From Terriglobia bacterium (lineage in GTDB: Bacteria > Acidobacteriota > Terriglobia > 2-12-FULL-54-10), in the NCBI GenBank assembly GCA_963666975.2, contig CAXVYR010000004.1, positions 1,248,001 through 1,312,000 of the forward strand: 64,000 nt of DNA. The letters are read 5' to 3'. The notes below the pieces were generated by a model. That model was not told where the DNA came from and did not search any database. It worked only from the letters and a program-made list of their open reading frames with translations. Positions 19,041 through 32,077 of the stretch are shown here, piece after piece. Numbering within the stretch: position 1 is the first letter of the stretch; every line of letters begins with the position of its first letter. Made by a program: the position numbers and the translations under genes.

Positions 19041-19087
19041 ACGGCAACCCGGGCATGTGCCCTCTTGGGGTTGCCGTTTTGCTTTTT
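19041..19087 (+). terminator. Intrinsic terminator
   Basis: acggcaaccc/gggttgccgt stem followed by a T-rich tail. Confidence 0.65.
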
Positions 19088-19274
19088 GGGCCCGCACGGT
19101 GCCGAAGTAGTCGGCTGCAAGAGCAACTCTACCCCGGCAGGAGAAGGCAGCCAGTCAGCTTCGAACATCTTACGCAATAGCCCTTCCAGACAAGAATTCA
19201 GTTCCTAGCTAATGCCCTTTTCCGAAATTGAGTGGCAGAATTTCCGGCGGGGCGGGGCTGCGGGCAAGCAGCCC

Positions 19275-20249
19275 TCAAAAGTGCTGAAAGCCCCGCACCG
19301 GCAGAGGGTGTGCTTTTTCTCCCCGCACCAGCAATAGTTTGCGGCCGGAGATAATATGCCCGACGAGGGTAAGCTGCACGCCGCCTATGCTGCCGGGAAG
19401 CCGGCGCGACCGCCGTGCGGGAACTGTGAACAGTAGCTCTAAATCCTCGCCGCCGTGCAGGGCGCAATCCATCGATGTCCGGGAAGAGCGGGGAAGCGAT
19501 GCTTCTATAATGCTCGCACCCACCCGGCTTTCTTCGCACAAGCGCGCCAAGTCGATTGAGAGGCCATCACTCATGTCGATCATGGCGGAGGGCAGCTTTC
19601 GCTCGCGCAGGTATTGTCCGGCGCGCAGACGCGGCTGAGGGTAAAAGAAAGCTTGCAGAAACTCCTTCCGAACCGGCGATTTTTTTCCTTGCAGGGCGCG
19701 CAAGCCGCTGGCCGCCATCCCGAGTTTTCCGGTCACCCAGATTTCATCTCCTGGGCGGGCGCCGCTGCGCAGGATGGCGCGGTGGCGCGGCGTCTCCCCC
19801 ATCACCATGATGTCGGCGACAACGCCGCTTGCGGAAGCCCCGGTATCTCCGCCGGCCAGGATCACCTTCGCCGCTGCCGCGAGGCGAAAAAAGCCGCGCC
19901 AAAAACCGTCCACCCAGCCTGAGGGCAATCGCCGAGGTAGCCCCAAGGAGAGAAAGGCATACCGGGGCACGCCCCCCATGGCTGCAATGTCGCTGAGCCC
20001 GCGGGCCAGCACCTTGTAGCCCACCGATTCCGCCTCCTGCCATTGCCGCCGAAAGTGCACGCCTTCCAGAAACAGGTCGGTGGTAATCAGGAGGTCCTTC
20101 TGCCGGGAGGCGGCGATAACGGCGCAATCCTCCCCGATGCCACGGCGCAGCGCGGAGGATTTCCCTAGGCGGGCGGCGTGTTGCGCTGCCCGTCGCCGCA
20201 GAAGGTTTACGAATTGTCTTTCGCTGCTAGGTTCTCTTTTCACTGGCAA
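19275..20249 (-). CDS. thiL: Thiamine-monophosphate kinase
   Basis: GIGEDCA, TTD.FLEGVHF, LSDIAAMGG, GGDT, RSGARPGD, IDMSDGL, GGEDLELLFT. Confidence 0.93.
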   Translation of the reverse strand: MPVKREPSSERQFVNLLRRRAAQHAARLGKSSALRRGIGEDCAVIAASRQKDLLITTDLFLEGVHFRRQWQEAESVGYKVLARGLSDIAAMGGVPRYAFLSLGLPRRLPSGWVDGFWRGFFRLAAAAKVILAGGDTGASASGVVADIMVMGETPRHRAILRSGARPGDEIWVTGKLGMAASGLRALQGKKSPVRKEFLQAFFYPQPRLRAGQYLRERKLPSAMIDMSDGLSIDLARLCEESRVGASIIEASLPRSSRTSMDCALHGGEDLELLFTVPARRSRRLPGSIGGVQLTLVGHIISGRKLLLVRGEKAHPLPVRGFQHF

Positions 20250-20343
20250 CTATCTGCTACTGATGATTGGGTAATGACGCTGCGCGGAGCACGGTTGACC
20301 AAGATGGACTAAAGATGGACTATAAAGACGGACTAAAGACGGG

Positions 20344-21399
20344 CTACGGCGAGCTTGGCGGGGAAGCGTCCGGCTCCAGGAAGCTCAAAACGCTCTCATC
20401 CCACTCCCACCGCAAAAAGACCGACTCCTGCTGATGCTCGACCGATATCCCTGCCAGCAGCGACGAGAAATTTTTCTCCGGCTCCCCGGACTCGCCGGAG
20501 GGTAAAAATCTGAGCAGCGCCAGGATTCCTTCGACCGAATTGGCAATTCGCTCGGCAGCGGCGACGCTGTCGCATTGAGCTTCCACCTGAAAGCGAAGCT
20601 GCGCAGGGCCGTTTTCGTCCGGCAGATAAACCGGATCAACCGGATAAACCGATAGATAAAGCGTCTTGCTTCCTTCGAGGAACCTCCCTCCCAGCTCAAA
20701 CGACCCAATCGGCGGCGGCTCTCCCTCCGCATTCAGCAGCTTTTTCAGTCTTCCCACTGCCCAAACGCCGCTCCCGGCCAGTATGTGGTCGAGGTCATGG
20801 GCCTCCTCGATCTCGGCGGCGGCGGAAGCGGCTGTGTCTCCTGAATGCCTTTGCAAAACCTGCCGGATGGCGTTGATGTCTCCTCCGACAGAAAAGCCGA
20901 CCAAATCAGGATCGAGGTCATGATCGAGCAAGACAAGACGAAAGGGCCTCGACTGCCCGAAGGTAAACACGGTTTGTCCCAGCTCTTTTGCTGCAACGGC
21001 GCCCTGCGACTCGATGTAAGCGGTGATTTGGGGACGGTCCAAAGCGACCTGCGCTACGCCCACCCAGTCCGGTCCCGATTTTGCCAGAGCCAGCCGCTTC
21101 AGGTCCCGTCCATAACTGAATCCGGTGGCGCGCACAAAGTCCTCGTACTCCTGTTCGCGGGGCATCCGGGGCGCTTGGGTCAGCAGTTTTCTGACAACCG
21201 GGCTTGCCTGGAGGGATTCCAGATCGGCCACCGCGTATAGGTCCGACTCTGCGGGCAAGAGCCGCAGCAGGGCTAGACGCGGGTCCAGGTCCGTGCGTGC
21301 GGGCCTGCTGCCGGGAACCAAAAACAGCACCGCTGCCGCGGCAGCCAGCAATCCGGCCAGCAGACCAATGAGCCATATCTTCCTCCTTTTCATGTCCAT
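20344..21399 (-). CDS. Membrane-anchored hypothetical protein
   Basis: MDMKRRKIWLIGLLAGLLAAAAAVLFLV anchor followed by about 330 aa of soluble sequence. Confidence 0.65.
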   Translation of the reverse strand: MDMKRRKIWLIGLLAGLLAAAAAVLFLVPGSRPARTDLDPRLALLRLLPAESDLYAVADLESLQASPVVRKLLTQAPRMPREQEYEDFVRATGFSYGRDLKRLALAKSGPDWVGVAQVALDRPQITAYIESQGAVAAKELGQTVFTFGQSRPFRLVLLDHDLDPDLVGFSVGGDINAIRQVLQRHSGDTAASAAAEIEEAHDLDHILAGSGVWAVGRLKKLLNAEGEPPPIGSFELGGRFLEGSKTLYLSVYPVDPVYLPDENGPAQLRFQVEAQCDSVAAAERIANSVEGILALLRFLPSGESGEPEKNFSSLLAGISVEHQQESVFLRWEWDESVLSFLEPDASPPSSP

Positions 21400-21614
21400 G
21401 CTGCTTTGCTCATCTTCATATTGCTGTATCCGGTTTCGTGCTGCTTTGCCTTGAGAAAATCGCAAATCCCTGGACAATTCATAGCTTTCGGTCATAGCTC
21501 CCGGCTGCTATAATAGTCGAAGTGTGGAGAGCTGGGCCGTAAATGTCAAAATATTCTGCGACAATTCGTCTTCCCTTTCTGTTACTATTGGAAAGGTTAA
21601 GATAATTCTTTCGA

Positions 21615-21643
21615 TTGCTGACAGCTCTCTTTTGTGATACTTT
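21615..21643 (+). promoter_or_regulatory. Sigma70 promoter of the tRNA-tuf operon
   Basis: TTGCTG-N17-TACTTT with extended TG, 16 nt before the first tRNA. Confidence 0.6.
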
Positions 21644-21659
21644 ATAGGTTTTTGAGAAG

Positions 21660-21735
21660 GCTGGCGTAGCTCAGTTGGCAGAGCATCTGATTTGTAATCA
21701 GAGGGTCAGGGGTTCAAATCCCTTCGCCAGCTCCA
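21660..21735 (+). tRNA. tRNA-Thr(TGT)
   Basis: Cloverleaf; anticodon arm ctgat-tTGTaa-tcag; encoded CCA. Confidence 0.95.
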
Positions 21736-21835
21736 GTTGATTGGTGCCGCCGGGCAGGCGTTGCGCCGGGAGTGTCTCCTTCTCGACCGGAAGGCGCAGC
21801 AGGATTGTCGGCGCGCCTTGGAGTGATACCGATGA

Positions 21836-21911
<76 letters not shown>

Positions 21912-21928
21912 GAAATTTTTTGATGTCT

Positions 21929-22003
21929 GCGGGAGTAACTCAGTGGTAGAGTCACAGCCTTCCAAGCTGTTGGTCGCGGGTTCGATCCCCGTCTCCCGCT
22001 CCA
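21929..22003 (+). tRNA. tRNA-Gly(TCC)
   Basis: gcgggag/ctcccgc acceptor stem; cagc-ctTCCaa-gctg; CCA. Confidence 0.95.
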
Positions 22004-22185
22004 AGACCGATTTAGTTTTCAGGCAGGCTCTTGGCCCGGCCAGTGGAGGCTGGCTGGCAGCGTAGCGAAAAGGATTTTTTGCTTTACCCGCGTGGAGTGA
22101 TTCAGCAGCGCCCCGGGAAAGTCGCGACGAACTGTAAGGACGGCTTGATCTGGGCGGCATCGACATCCAGTGGTTCGCATTGAGG

Positions 22186-22274
22186 GGACAGGTGGCCGAG
22201 TGGTTAATGGCAGCAGACTGTAAATCTGCCGCTCCTTGCGAGCTACGGAGGTTCGAATCCTCCCCTGTCCACCA
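22186..22274 (+). tRNA. tRNA-Tyr(GTA)
   Basis: ggacagg/cctgtcc acceptor stem; gcaga-ctGTAaa-tctgc; long variable arm; CCA. Confidence 0.95.
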
Positions 22275-22506
22275 GCTTTTGATCTGAATGACAGCTTTCC
22301 AGGTCGTCCCAACGGTTGCCGTAAGGTCCTTTCGAGTGATGTTCAGGAATGGCGATACATAGCTGCAACAAGACAGCGAGAGGCATCTGAATGAAATGGG
22401 ATTTCCTGGACATGATTCTTTCTTAGGTTCCCGCCGCCGAACCAGCCGCAAAGCGAAGCGGTGACCTCCAGGCGACGGACTTCAGGAACAGGGAGCAGGA
22501 ATAGCG

Positions 22507-23694
<1,188 letters not shown>

Positions 23695-23772
23695 CGCGGA
23701 GCGCAGACGGCGATATTTTCCGAATCGAAAGAGCTGTTTCCCAAGACGAAACCTTATTTCCAGAGTTGAAGC

Positions 23773-23922
23773 ATGCGTGATATAATCACCTTACAGTGTT
23801 CGGACTGCAAAAACAGAAATTATTCGACCACTAAGAACAAGAAAAAGACCACCGCCCGACTGGAACAGAAGAAGTTTTGCAAGACTTGTCGGCACCACAC
23901 CCTGCACCGCGAGGTGAAGTAG
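23773..23922 (+). CDS. rpmG: 50S ribosomal protein L33 (Zn-ribbon form)
   Basis: Manual translation: [49 protein letters not shown]. Confidence 0.95.
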   Translation: MRDIITLQCSDCKNRNYSTTKNKKKTTARLEQKKFCKTCRHHTLHREVK

Positions 23923-24143
23923 GCTGGTCAGTTCGTTATTCCTCTCCGGCAGGATGAGAGAAGGCAGGAAAGCGGCACGGGCCGGGACGAGTGCTGGACC
24001 AAAGTGCCAGACCAAAGTGTTGCTCCAAAGCGAGACACTAGACGAAGGGCACGGGACCAAGAGCACGGGAAAACAGGTGTTATGCCGGGCTCAAGGCGCA
24101 GGGCTGGTTTCCGGACCAGCCCGTCGCGCCAAGCCCCAAATCA

Positions 24144-24218
24144 AGGGGTGTAGGTTTAACGGCAGACCGCCGGTCTCCAAAACCGGATGTGGGGGTTCGA
24201 ATCCCTCCACCCCTGCCA
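24144..24218 (+). tRNA. tRNA-Trp(CCA)
   Basis: aggggtg/cacccct acceptor stem; ccggt-ctCCAaa-accgg; canonical position before secE. Confidence 0.93.
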
Positions 24219-24297
24219 ATTCTTCTCCTGGTGAAGCTTGGCCCTAACGGAGCCCTGGCATGGAAAGAGAAATCAGAGGGCGTGGATTGAGTTTTTT

Positions 24298-24579
24298 ATG
24301 AAGGAAGCGAATGTCGAAAGCAGGCCCGTCGGCAGAACCGGCAAAGCCAGTGATGCCGGGGGGGCCCTCGCCTCCATCCGGTCCTTTCCGGGCCAAACGA
24401 AGGTCTTCCTCGGAGACGTTCGGTCGGAGCTCAGACGGGTCACTTGGCCGAGCCAGCAGCAGATCCAGGCCACCACGGTGGTGGTAATCCTGACGGTATT
24501 TTTCTTCGGTGTCTACTTCTGGATTCTGGACGGGATTGTCAGCGCCGCGGTCAGCCGCTTATTCCGCTTCTTAGGGTAA
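24298..24579 (+). CDS. secE: Preprotein translocase subunit SecE
   Basis: [16 protein letters not shown] followed by a TM helix; synteny. Confidence 0.93.
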   Translation: MKEANVESRPVGRTGKASDAGGALASIRSFPGQTKVFLGDVRSELRRVTWPSQQQIQATTVVVILTVFFFGVYFWILDGIVSAAVSRLFRFLG

Positions 24580-24637
24580 GCGTGGCGGGTTAAGAACGGC
24601 GGCTGGGAACAGCCATTCGCGCACGAGCAGGCAGGAC

Positions 24638-25168
24638 ATGACAAAGAATTGGTACATCATTCACACCTATTCCGGCTTTGAGCGCAAAGTCAAGGAGAGC
24701 CTGGAAAGCCGCGTCAAAGCGTTCGGGTTGGAGGAAAAAATCGGGCAAATCCTGATCCCCACCGAGACCGTGGTGGAGATGCGGGGCGGGAAAAAGGTGG
24801 AGTCATCCCGCTTGTTTTATCCCGGCTACGTGCTGGTGGAAATCGAGATGGATGACAACGTCTGGCACGTGGTAAAGGCCACCCCGAGGGTCACCGGTTT
24901 TGTCGGCGGCGCTCAGAACCCCTCGCCTCTGTCGGAAGCGGAAGTGGATCAGATCATCAACCGGATAGCCACGGCGGGGGAAAGGACCACGCCCAAGCTG
25001 AGCTTTGAAAGAAACGAGACTGTCAAGATTGTAGACGGCCCCTTCAACAATTTCACCGGCGTGGTGGACGAAATCAATATGGACCGGAACACTCTGAAGG
25101 TGATGGTCACCATCTTCGGGCGCTCGACCCCGGTGGAGCTGGACTTTTTGCAGGTGGAGAAACTGTAA
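24638..25168 (+). CDS. nusG: Transcription elongation factor NusG
   Basis: [17 protein letters not shown] domain with GPF...[10 protein letters not shown]. Confidence 0.98.
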   Translation: MTKNWYIIHTYSGFERKVKESLESRVKAFGLEEKIGQILIPTETVVEMRGGKKVESSRLFYPGYVLVEIEMDDNVWHVVKATPRVTGFVGGAQNPSPLSEAEVDQIINRIATAGERTTPKLSFERNETVKIVDGPFNNFTGVVDEINMDRNTLKVMVTIFGRSTPVELDFLQVEKL

Positions 25169-25243
25169 GCCGTGCGCTGAAGCTCTCGGGCTGCGGTTTC
25201 ACCCAGGGCCTGTATAGCGAGTTTTGGGACTGAGGAGTCGAAC

Positions 25244-25693
25244 ATGGCAAATCCCGCGCCGAGAGGCAAACGGGTTGTAGGACAGATCAAACTCCAGATC
25301 ACGGCCGGCAAAGCAACTCCGGCGCCTCCCGTAGGGCCCGCGCTGGGACAGCACGGCGTGAACATCATGGACTTCTGCAAGACCTATAACGCCAAGACGG
25401 ATGGGAAAGAACTGGAAGGTCTCATCATCCCGGTGGTGATCACCGTCTATGGGGACCGCAGCTACAGCTTTATCACGAAAACTCCGCCGGCGGCGGTGCT
25501 GCTGAAACGCGCGGCGGGGATCGCAAAAGGTTCCGGAGTGCCCAACCGCGACAAAGTGGGAAAGGTGACGGCGAAACAGGTGGAAGAGATTGCCCGCACC
25601 AAACTGCCGGACCTGAACGCAAGCTCGCTGGAGACCGCGGCGCGCAGCATCACCGGCACGGCCCGCAGCATGGGGATCGAGGTCGTCAACTAG
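25244..25693 (+). CDS. rplK: 50S ribosomal protein L11
   Basis: [21 protein letters not shown]. Confidence 0.98.
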   Translation: MANPAPRGKRVVGQIKLQITAGKATPAPPVGPALGQHGVNIMDFCKTYNAKTDGKELEGLIIPVVITVYGDRSYSFITKTPPAAVLLKRAAGIAKGSGVPNRDKVGKVTAKQVEEIARTKLPDLNASSLETAARSITGTARSMGIEVVN

Positions 25694-25715
25694 CGAAGCG
25701 AACAAGGAAAAGCGA

Positions 25716-26417
25716 ATGGCTCAAAAAAAAGGGAAAAATATCGATCACGCGCGGAAAGCCGTGGAAGAGAGGCCCTACGATCTCGCCGAAGCGGTCCCGC
25801 TCCTCCAGAAGGTTCGCTATGCCAAGTTTGACGAAACGGTGGAGGTCGTCATTCGGCTGGGGGTGGACCCCCGGCAAGCCGACCAGATGGTTCGCGGAAC
25901 GCTGGTTTTGCCTCACGGACTCGGCAAGTCCAAGAAGGTGCTGGTGATCGCGGCTGGCGAGAAAGTTCGTGAGGCCGAAGAGGCCGGCGCCGAACTGGTC
26001 GGCGGCGAGGAGATGGTAAAAAAGATTCAGGATGGCTGGACGGATTTCGAGGCCGTGATTGCCACGCCGGACATGATGAAACTGGTAGGCCGTTTGGGTA
26101 AGATTCTCGGCCCGCGCGGCCTGATGCCAAACCCCAAGGCCGGGACGGTCACCTTTGAGGTGAAAAACGCCGTTCAGGAGATCAAAGCCGGCAAGGTGGA
26201 ATTCCGCGTTGACAAGACGGCGTTGATTCACGTCCCGCTCGGCAAGCTCAGTTTCTCCGCCGAACACTTGGTAGAAAACGCGCAGGCGCTGCTGGATTCC
26301 GTGGCCAAGGCCAAGCCTGCGGCGGCCAAGGGAAAGTATGTGAAAGGCATTACGCTTTCTTCCACGATGGGGCCCGGAATTGCGATCCATCTGGCTGCCG
26401 TTGAAGCGTACGTCTAA
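25716..26417 (+). CDS. rplA: 50S ribosomal protein L1
   Basis: [24 protein letters not shown]. Confidence 0.98.
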   Translation: MAQKKGKNIDHARKAVEERPYDLAEAVPLLQKVRYAKFDETVEVVIRLGVDPRQADQMVRGTLVLPHGLGKSKKVLVIAAGEKVREAEEAGAELVGGEEMVKKIQDGWTDFEAVIATPDMMKLVGRLGKILGPRGLMPNPKAGTVTFEVKNAVQEIKAGKVEFRVDKTALIHVPLGKLSFSAEHLVENAQALLDSVAKAKPAAAKGKYVKGITLSSTMGPGIAIHLAAVEAYV

Positions 26418-26436
26418 AAAGAGAGTGGAGGAACGA

Positions 26437-26961
26437 TTGAATCGAGACGAAAAGAAACAAGAGGTCGAACGGCTCCAGCAGGACTTGGCCGCGGCTCAGA
26501 ACGTCTTTTTCCTGAATTTTCAGAAAGTGCCCGTGGTAGAGGATTTTGAGCTCCGCAAGCAGGTGCGGGCCGCCGGGGGCCAGTATCGCGTGGTGAAAAA
26601 CACTCTGGTTCGGAGGGGCGGAAAGGGAACGCCAGCCGAGCCGATTCTGGAGTCGCTGGAGGGTCCCACAGCCATGGCTCTGACGGATGACAATCCAGTC
26701 GCCCTGGCCAAGGCCCTCACCACCTATGCCAAGGCCAATCCGAATTTCACCTTCCGTGCCGGCATCGTGGAAGGCCGCGTTGTCTCCCTGCAAGAGTTTG
26801 CGGAACTAGCCCTTCTCCCGAGCAAGGAAGAGTTGCTGGCGAAGGTGATGTACCTGGTCAATGCTCCGGCCCGCGGCATTGCCTCCGCGATGCAAGCGGT
26901 GATGCGCAACATCGCTTCGGTGGTGGATCAGGCGGCAAAGGAAAATAAATTCAAATCATAA
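26437..26961 (+). CDS. rplJ: 50S ribosomal protein L10
   Basis: TTG start after GGAGG; [15 protein letters not shown]. Confidence 0.95.
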   Translation: MNRDEKKQEVERLQQDLAAAQNVFFLNFQKVPVVEDFELRKQVRAAGGQYRVVKNTLVRRGGKGTPAEPILESLEGPTAMALTDDNPVALAKALTTYAKANPNFTFRAGIVEGRVVSLQEFAELALLPSKEELLAKVMYLVNAPARGIASAMQAVMRNIASVVDQAAKENKFKS

Positions 26962-27019
26962 ACCGGCCGATTGCGGAACAGGGTTTTCGGCTGTCCGAGA
27001 GAGAAGGAGTGGAACCGAT

Positions 27020-27394
27020 ATGTCTGAAAAGGTCGCTACTATTTTGGAAGAGATCAAAGGCCTGACGCTGCTTGAGGCGGCGGAACTGGTCAAGGAAATG
27101 GAAACCGCCTTCGGCGTCAGCGCCGCCGCCCCCATGATGGTGGCGGGAGCGGCAGCGGCCGCAGCGGCGCCCGTCGAAGAGCAAACGGAGTTTAATGTCG
27201 TGTTGACGGCTATTGGTGGCAACAAGATCAACGTCATCAAAGCAGTCCGGGAAGTAACCAGCCTGGGGTTGAAAGAGGCCAAAGACTTGGTCGACAACGC
27301 TCCCAAACCGATCAAAGAGGGAGTTTCCAAGGCTGAGGCAGAATCGCTTCAGAAAAAATTCTCCGAGGCAGGAGCAACGGTCGAGGTCAAATAA
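27020..27394 (+). CDS. rplL: 50S ribosomal protein L7/L12
   Basis: FGVSAAA...[16 protein letters not shown]. Confidence 0.98.
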   Translation: MSEKVATILEEIKGLTLLEAAELVKEMETAFGVSAAAPMMVAGAAAAAAAPVEEQTEFNVVLTAIGGNKINVIKAVREVTSLGLKEAKDLVDNAPKPIKEGVSKAEAESLQKKFSEAGATVEVK

Positions 27395-27686
27395 AACCGC
27401 CGGACCGGCGCCGGGAATCTAAAACGCGCCCCGAGAGGCGTCGTGTCCACGCGGTGATTCCCCGGCAGAATCTCTCTTCCGCGCTGTTCCAGCAAGGAAG
27501 AGGACCCGCAAGAAAGAGGAAAAGTCTCTTGCGAAGCACCTGTTTTTCAGCGGGCATCCCGAGCCTCAACTTCCGCCCGCATTCTGAGGGAACAATCTAG
27601 GGGAAAGCCGCCTCGGTGGTTCTTTATCTTGACTCGGAGAGAGTCGCCGGAGCGCCCTTCTCTCCAGAAACAATCAGGAGCACTTG

Positions 27687-30600
27687 ATGGATCAGAAAGT
27701 GAACGGAGCCGAGCGGGAACGAATTGATTTCTCCAAGATTCGCACCCCGCTTAAAATCCCCAATCTCATTGAGGTGCAGAAACAGTCCTACGACCAATTT
27801 CTGCAAATGAATCTGCTGCCGAGCGAGCGGGAGGATGTGGGCCTGCGGGCCGTCTTCAATTCCATCTTTCCCATCACGGACTTCCGGGGAGTTTCCCAGC
27901 TGGACTTCGTGGATTACTCCATTGGGAACTGGGAATGCAAGTGCGGAAATCTGAAGGGACTGCACCACCTGCGCACCCCCTGCCGGCAGTGCGGCGCGGG
28001 GATCATCACCAGCCCGTATCACACGGGCGAGATCCTGTGCGGCAAGTGCGGCTCTCCCAACCGCAGTCAGGTGGATTTTTGCAACAAGTGCGGCGACCCG
28101 GTCGACCTGCAACTGAAATACGACGTTGCCGAGTGCCAGGAGCGCGGCATGACCTATGCGGCGCCTCTGAAGGTGACCATCCGGCTGACCCTCTACGAAA
28201 AAGACCCTGAGACCGGCGCCAAGGCCATTCGCGACATCAAAGAACAGGAAGTGTTCTTCGGCGAGGTCCCTCTGATGACGGAGAACGGAACGTTCATCAT
28301 CAACGGCACCGAGCGGGTCATCGTGAGCCAGCTGCACCGCTCGCCCGGGGCCTTTTTCGAGACCGCAAAGCAACGAACGTATTTCCTGGGCAAGATCATT
28401 CCCTACCGCGGCTCCTGGGTTGAATTTGAGTACGATGCCAAGAACCTACTCTACGTGCGGATCGACCGCAAACGGAAGTTCCTGGGGAGCATTTTTCTGC
28501 GCGCCCTGGGACTGAAGAACGAAGAGGAAATCCTGCAAAAATTCTACCGCTCGGAGACCATTCATCTCCAGAACAAGAAGCTCTACTGGGAAATCTCCGA
28601 AGGGCTGATCGGGCTGAAGGTTTCCCATCACATCGTGCACCCCAAGACGAAGGAAGAACTGGTTCACGCCGGCCGGAAAATCACTCCTTCTCTCTACAAA
28701 GATATTACCAAGGCGCGCGTGGAGCGGGTGGAGGTGTCTCCGCACGACCTGGAGGGGGCCTGGCTGATGGCCGACGTTGTGGACATGCAGAGCGGCGAGG
28801 TGCTGGCCGAGGCCAACAACGAACTCTCCCCCGCCCTGATCGAACGCTTTATTGAAGCCGGCATCCAGCAGATCCGCGTCACGTTTCCGGAGCGGGAAGA
28901 CGTCGGGATCGTGCTGAATCAAACGTTGAAGAAGGACAGCGTCAAGACTTCCCAGGAAGCATTGATTGAGATTTACCGGAAGTTGCGGCCCGGCGATCCG
29001 CCCACGCTCGACACAGCCACCAACTTGTTCCAGGGCATGTTCTTTGATCCCCGCAAGTACGATTTTTCCCGGGTGGGCCGGATGAAGTTCAACATCAAAC
29101 TGGAGCGGGATACCTCGTTCGATCAGCGGACCCTGGACATGGAAGACTTCTGTGCCGTGCTGCGGTACTTGCTCCAGCTCCGCAAGAACATCGGCTCGGT
29201 GGATGACATCGATCATCTGGGAAACCGCCGCGTCCGGGCGGTGGGCGAGCTGCTGGAAAACCAGTTCCGAATCGGCTTGGTGCGCATGGAGCGGGCCATC
29301 AAGGAAAAGATGTCGGTCTATCAGGAGATGTCCACCGCGATGCCGCACGACTTGGTCAACGCCAAGCCGGCGATGGCGGCGATCCGCGAATTTTTCGGCT
29401 CCAGCCAGCTTTCCCAGTTCATGGATCAGACGAATCCGCTTTCCGAGATCACCCACAAACGCCGTCTCTCGGCTCTGGGACCGGGAGGCCTGAGCCGCGA
29501 GCGGGCGGGTTTTGAGGTGCGCGACGTGCATCCCACCCATTACGGCCGCATCTGCCCGATTGAGACCCCGGAGGGCCCCAACATCGGCCTGATTTCTTCG
29601 CTCTCCTGCTATGCGCGCATCAATGAGTTCGGCTTTATCGAAAGCCCCTACCGCAAGGTGATTAAAGGACGGGCGGTCGATTACGTGACCATCACCCATC
29701 CCGGCGACACGCAGCTCAAAACCGGCGACCATATGGAACTATCCGAGTGGGAAAGCGTCAATCAAGAAATCAAGTCCCGTCACAAGAAGCCGGCGGAGAC
29801 CGAGCCCCATTCCTTTTATCTGTCGGCTTGGGAAGAGGATAAACACGTCATCGCGCAGGCGAACGTGGAGCTGGACGACCGCGGCCGCATTATTCCGGAC
29901 CTGGTGAATACGCGCCAGGCCGGCAACTTTGTGCTGAAACAACGGGATCAGGTCGACTACATCGACGTCTCTCCCAAGCAATTGGTCAGCGTGGCAGCCT
30001 CGTTGATTCCTTTCCTGGAAAACGACGATGCCAACCGCGCTCTGATGGGTTCCAATATGCAGCGGCAGTCCGTTCCTTTGCTCCAGTCCGAGGCGCCTTT
30101 GGTGGGAACGGGCATGGAAAAGGTTGCGGCGCGCGATTCCGGAGCCGTGGCGATCTGCCGCCGCAACGGACAGGTGGAGAAGGTGGACAGCGAACGGATT
30201 ATCGTGCGGGCCGCAGGAGAGGGCGAGCCGGGAACCATGTCGGCCGGCATCCATGCCGATGTGTACACGCTGACCAAGTTCAAACGCTCGAACCAGAACA
30301 CCTGCATCAACCAGCGGCCCATCGTTCGGGAAGGGGATGTGGTGCAGAAGGGACAGGTGCTGGCCGACGGTCCTTGCACGGACCGGGGCGAGCTGGCCCT
30401 GGGCCGCAACGTTCTGGTGGCCTTTATGCCCTGGCGCGGCTACAACTTTGAGGACGCTATTCTGGTGAGCGAAACGATGGTCAAAGAGGACTATTTCACC
30501 TCGATCCACATTGAAGAGCTGGATATCGAATCGCGCGACACCAAGCTGGGGCCCGAAGAGATTACCCGGGACATTCCGAACGTGAGCGAATCTTTCCTCC

Positions 30601-31979
30601 GGGACTTGGATGAGAGCGGCATCATTCGCATCGGCGCCGCGGTCACCCCGGGCGACGTGCTGGTGGGAAAGGTGACGCCGAAGGGCGAAACGCAGCTCAC
30701 CCCGGAGGAAAAACTGCTGCGCGCCATCTTCGGGGAAAAGGCGGGCGATGTCCGCGACGCTTCGCTCGTCTGCCCGCCGGGCATTGAGGGCACGGTGGTC
30801 GACGTGAAAATCTTCTCCCGCAAGGGCCAGGAAAAAGACGAGCGCGCCAAAAGTATTGAGGCCGGGCAGGTCCGGAGGCTCGAGAAAAATCTGGAATACC
30901 AGATCCAGATCCTCGATGACGAGCGGGTCAAACGCCTCTCAGCCATTTTGAGCGGAAAGGCGCTGCAAGCCGACCTGCATGACGAACGCACCAACAAACG
31001 GCTGCTCACCAAGGGGACGGTTCTCTCTCCGGAGACCATCCGTCACCTGAAAGCTCGCGACCTGAAACGGATGCGTCTGGAGGAGAAACGCGATCCGCGC
31101 TTGAACGAGCAGATCGACGAGATTGAGGAAATGACATCCCGCCAGATCGACGTGCTGCGCAAGATCACAGACGAGAAGGTGGGCAAGCTGAAAAAGGGAG
31201 ACGAACTCCCTCCCGGCGTGATCAAGCTGGTGAAGGTCTATATCGCTATGAAACGGAAGCTTTCGGTGGGCGACAAGATGGCCGGACGGCACGGAAACAA
31301 GGGCGTCATCGCCCGGATCCTTCCGCAGGAGGACATGCCGTACCTGCCCGACGGGACGCCCGTGGAGATTGTGCTGAACCCGCTCGGGGTGCCCTCGCGA
31401 ATGAACGTAGGGCAGATTCTGGAAACCCACCTGGGTTGGGCCGCCCGGGTCCTGGGGCTGCATTTTGCCTCCCCGGTCTTTGACGGCGCCACCGAACCCG
31501 AGATCAAGGAAATGCTCCAGCAGGCCGGCCTGCCGCTCTCCGGCAAAACCACTCTCTATGACGGCATGACCGGGGAGAAGTTCGAGCAACAGGTGACGGT
31601 CGGCTACATCTACATGCTGAAACTTTCGCACTTGGTCGACGACAAGATTCACGCGCGCTCCATCGGCCCTTATTCCTTGATTACGCAGCAACCGCTGGGA
31701 GGCAAGGCGCAATTCGGCGGGCAGCGCTTCGGAGAAATGGAGGTGTGGGCGCTGGAAGCATACGGGGCCGCCCACATTCTGCAAGAACTGCTGACGGCCA
31801 AATCCGACGATGTTTCCGGACGGGCCAAAATCTACGAAGCGATCGTGAAAGGCGAGGCGGCCGTGGAGCCCGGCATCCCGGAGTCGTTCAACGTGCTCAT
31901 CCGGGAACTGCAAAGCCTCTGTCTGGATGTCGAGTTGCTTAAGAAATCGAAAGACGTATTAGAAGCGGCCGCGGATTAA
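27687..31979 (+). CDS. rpoB: RNA polymerase beta subunit
   Basis: [49 protein letters not shown]. Confidence 0.99.
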   Translation: MDQKVNGAERERIDFSKIRTPLKIPNLIEVQKQSYDQFLQMNLLPSEREDVGLRAVFNSIFPITDFRGVSQLDFVDYSIGNWECKCGNLKGLHHLRTPCRQCGAGIITSPYHTGEILCGKCGSPNRSQVDFCNKCGDPVDLQLKYDVAECQERGMTYAAPLKVTIRLTLYEKDPETGAKAIRDIKEQEVFFGEVPLMTENGTFIINGTERVIVSQLHRSPGAFFETAKQRTYFLGKIIPYRGSWVEFEYDAKNLLYVRIDRKRKFLGSIFLRALGLKNEEEILQKFYRSETIHLQNKKLYWEISEGLIGLKVSHHIVHPKTKEELVHAGRKITPSLYKDITKARVERVEVSPHDLEGAWLMADVVDMQSGEVLAEANNELSPALIERFIEAGIQQIRVTFPEREDVGIVLNQTLKKDSVKTSQEALIEIYRKLRPGDPPTLDTATNLFQGMFFDPRKYDFSRVGRMKFNIKLERDTSFDQRTLDMEDFCAVLRYLLQLRKNIGSVDDIDHLGNRRVRAVGELLENQFRIGLVRMERAIKEKMSVYQEMSTAMPHDLVNAKPAMAAIREFFGSSQLSQFMDQTNPLSEITHKRRLSALGPGGLSRERAGFEVRDVHPTHYGRICPIETPEGPNIGLISSLSCYARINEFGFIESPYRKVIKGRAVDYVTITHPGDTQLKTGDHMELSEWESVNQEIKSRHKKPAETEPHSFYLSAWEEDKHVIAQANVELDDRGRIIPDLVNTRQAGNFVLKQRDQVDYIDVSPKQLVSVAASLIPFLENDDANRALMGSNMQRQSVPLLQSEAPLVGTGMEKVAARDSGAVAICRRNGQVEKVDSERIIVRAAGEGEPGTMSAGIHADVYTLTKFKRSNQNTCINQRPIVREGDVVQKGQVLADGPCTDRGELALGRNVLVAFMPWRGYNFEDAILVSETMVKEDYFTSIHIEELDIESRDTKLGPEEITRDIPNVSESFLRDLDESGIIRIGAAVTPGDVLVGKVTPKGETQLTPEEKLLRAIFGEKAGDVRDASLVCPPGIEGTVVDVKIFSRKGQEKDERAKSIEAGQVRRLEKNLEYQIQILDDERVKRLSAILSGKALQADLHDERTNKRLLTKGTVLSPETIRHLKARDLKRMRLEEKRDPRLNEQIDEIEEMTSRQIDVLRKITDEKVGKLKKGDELPPGVIKLVKVYIAMKRKLSVGDKMAGRHGNKGVIARILPQEDMPYLPDGTPVEIVLNPLGVPSRMNVGQILETHLGWAARVLGLHFASPVFDGATEPEIKEMLQQAGLPLSGKTTLYDGMTGEKFEQQVTVGYIYMLKLSHLVDDKIHARSIGPYSLITQQPLGGKAQFGGQRFGEMEVWALEAYGAAHILQELLTAKSDDVSGRAKIYEAIVKGEAAVEPGIPESFNVLIRELQSLCLDVELLKKSKDVLEAAAD

Positions 31980-32077
31980 CCGCCGGCCCGCAGGAGAATG
32001 CGGGCCAGCTCATCAGGAAAACAGCGCTGCCGCTCCCAAACTAACCAACAGATTCTGCACCTCCCGAGGAGGATATT

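Noticed and set aside
20297-20346. Short repeated units resembling a mini-CRISPR
   Set aside because: Units of about 11-13 bp are adjacent with no unique spacers, and there are no cas genes; a simple tandem duplication.
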